This document shows, piece by piece, positions 62,279 through 64,000 of a stretch of DNA of 64,000 nt (within the stretch, counting starts at the first letter, position 1; every line of letters starts with the position of its first letter). The notes beneath the pieces are model-generated. The model saw only the letters and a program-made list of their open reading frames with translations. It searched no databases and was not told the origin of the DNA. The translations under genes and the position numbers were made by a program. This DNA comes from the human T2T-CHM13v2.0 reference genome, Homo sapiens. The stretch lies in assembly GCF_009914755.1 (NCBI RefSeq), contig NC_060929.1. The stretch is one strand, 5' to 3'.

Positions 62279-64000
62279 TTATCAGCAATGGCACAAAGCC
62301 AGTAGGTGGTCAAGCCAGGTTTATCTCTAAAACTTTGTTGTTTTAGCCAGCACATTTTCATTTAAATTAACACTTTGTAATAAATGTTAATGTTCCAAGC
62401 TCATAGATGAAGAAACTGAGGCTCAGAGAAATTCAGCAGCTACCCTGAAATTAACCACACAGTTATTCCTTTGCCCCATTAACTCTCTATTTACTGATCT
62501 TTCACATCCCTGTGGACTGCCTTCATGGAGCCTGTCATTTGCTGCCTCAGATAGGAGCTGACTGGGTAGATATCTGGGCCTTCTTATGGTACCTAGTGTG
62601 TGCCTGGCTGTGGACTTCCATGCTTAGTCAGAGCTTGCTAATTGAAACTAATCCCAGTGACTGCCAGAGCCTCTCCCCAGCTCCTGCCTCTGAAGGCCCC
62701 TTGGGCCCAAAGAAGTGTGATGACCTCAGATTGGGCCAAAGGCAATAACCAGAAGCTGCCAGCATCCAGCCTGGGGTGGCAGCCAGAAGGCCCTAGAGCA
62801 AGTCTGATTTAATCCCATAATGGAATGTCACTCAGATAAGGCTTTTATCAGCCCTTCCTAGGCTGTGGAAAAAAAGGATCATCCCAGAGTCATGGAAGGA
62901 TGCTTTCCACTGTCCTGGGATTTCCCAGAGGTCCCAGAAAGCATGACCCCACTGGAAGGTCTAGAATAAAGTGAAAATATCAAGGGGCATTTGACTCAAA
63001 TTTTCAGGACTAAGGTAACAGAAGCGGGAGGAGGAGCCTAGGGATTCCACACATTCAGGCAGAGAGGACATCAAACCCTAATAACACTTAAAATAATAAC
63101 AATAATAATGGCTATTATTTATTAGGCATTATGCTAAGCACTTAAATGCATTATCTGACAAAATGCCTGTAGAGCATGTGCCATTTATCAATCTTATTAC
63201 AAAAGAGGAAATCAGACTCAGATAGGTAAGTTACCTGGCCAAGGTCACGCAATCGCTAAAGTGGGAGAGCCGGAATTTATACCTAAGCCGGCCTCTTTCC
63301 ACTGCCCTCCAGCCTTACCGTGGTGCTGATTGCCGGTACACAATTGCTATGGCTCACACACTGCTCAACTCCTGAATCTTTGTTTGCCAGGACCTCACAC
63401 GCTTCCCTTCTTCCTGGAAGAATTCCAGAAAGCTTTATGTAACCACAAGCTGCAGCCACCCCATCACCCCAAAAGGGAGGAAATAAAGGATAAAGCAAGG
63501 TGACCTGACCAATTAGGAGTAGAGGGGCCATCCACCCCACTCCTCCCAATTCCCAGGGGCAGCCACACCAAAGGCAAAGTGGAGTCTGGCCTTCTGCCAA
63601 TTGCTTTCTCTTTCTCATTCCCCCTCCCCCAGCCCAAACCTCTCCTCCCTTACTTCTCATTTTTTCCTAGATCAACTTTTCTTTGCAGGCTCCTACCCCA
63701 CTGGTCTTGTTCATTCTAAGTACCCACTGTTAGCAATAGTCTGGGAATTCACATCCCTTGCCAGACAGGAACATATACAATGCAATATTAATAGTAATAA
63801 CAGCTAACACTTACTGAGCACTTACTATGTGCCAGTCACTTTTCTTTCATCTTGAGCTGGAAAATGCAGGCAGAATGTACAGGAGCTTTTATGTCAATTA
63901 CAACAAGACTAAGTCAGACAAGGGGAGGAATCTAATATTCCATGAGCTTTCTCTGCATTAGGCGCAGTACCCTCTCAGGAGGCAGAAGAGCTTAGTAACA

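Overview
Primate, almost certainly human, genomic DNA matching the BRD8-KIF20A-CDC23 cluster (human 5q31.2; locus assignment is from recognising the proteins, not from a search). It holds three spliced protein-coding genes, reconstructed exon by exon from GT-AG sites and reading phase. (1) The 5' part of BRD8 is on the minus strand (ATG at 10906, exons 1-10) and continues off the left edge. (2) KIF20A/MKLP2 is complete on the plus strand (18 coding exons, 2673 nt, 890 aa) and lies head-to-head with BRD8 on a shared CpG-island promoter with CCAAT boxes and a CDE/CHR element. (3) CDC23/APC8 is complete on the minus strand (16 exons, 1794 nt, 597 aa) and lies tail-to-tail with KIF20A, with interleaved poly(A) signals. 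The rest is very Alu-dense intronic and intergenic DNA with L1/L2/MIR relics, MER20, Tigger4a, a MADE1 split by an Alu, solo LTRs (MER9, LTR8 family, MLT1) and a ~325 bp TA-rich tract. Nearly all supplied ORFs are Alu-derived or intron read-through artefacts. I found no convincing wholly new gene or system. The best second-look items are the 3' overlap with a dual-use motif, several alternative-splicing or intronic-poly(A) candidates, a p53-like motif in the MER9 LTR upstream of CDC23, and nested transposons.
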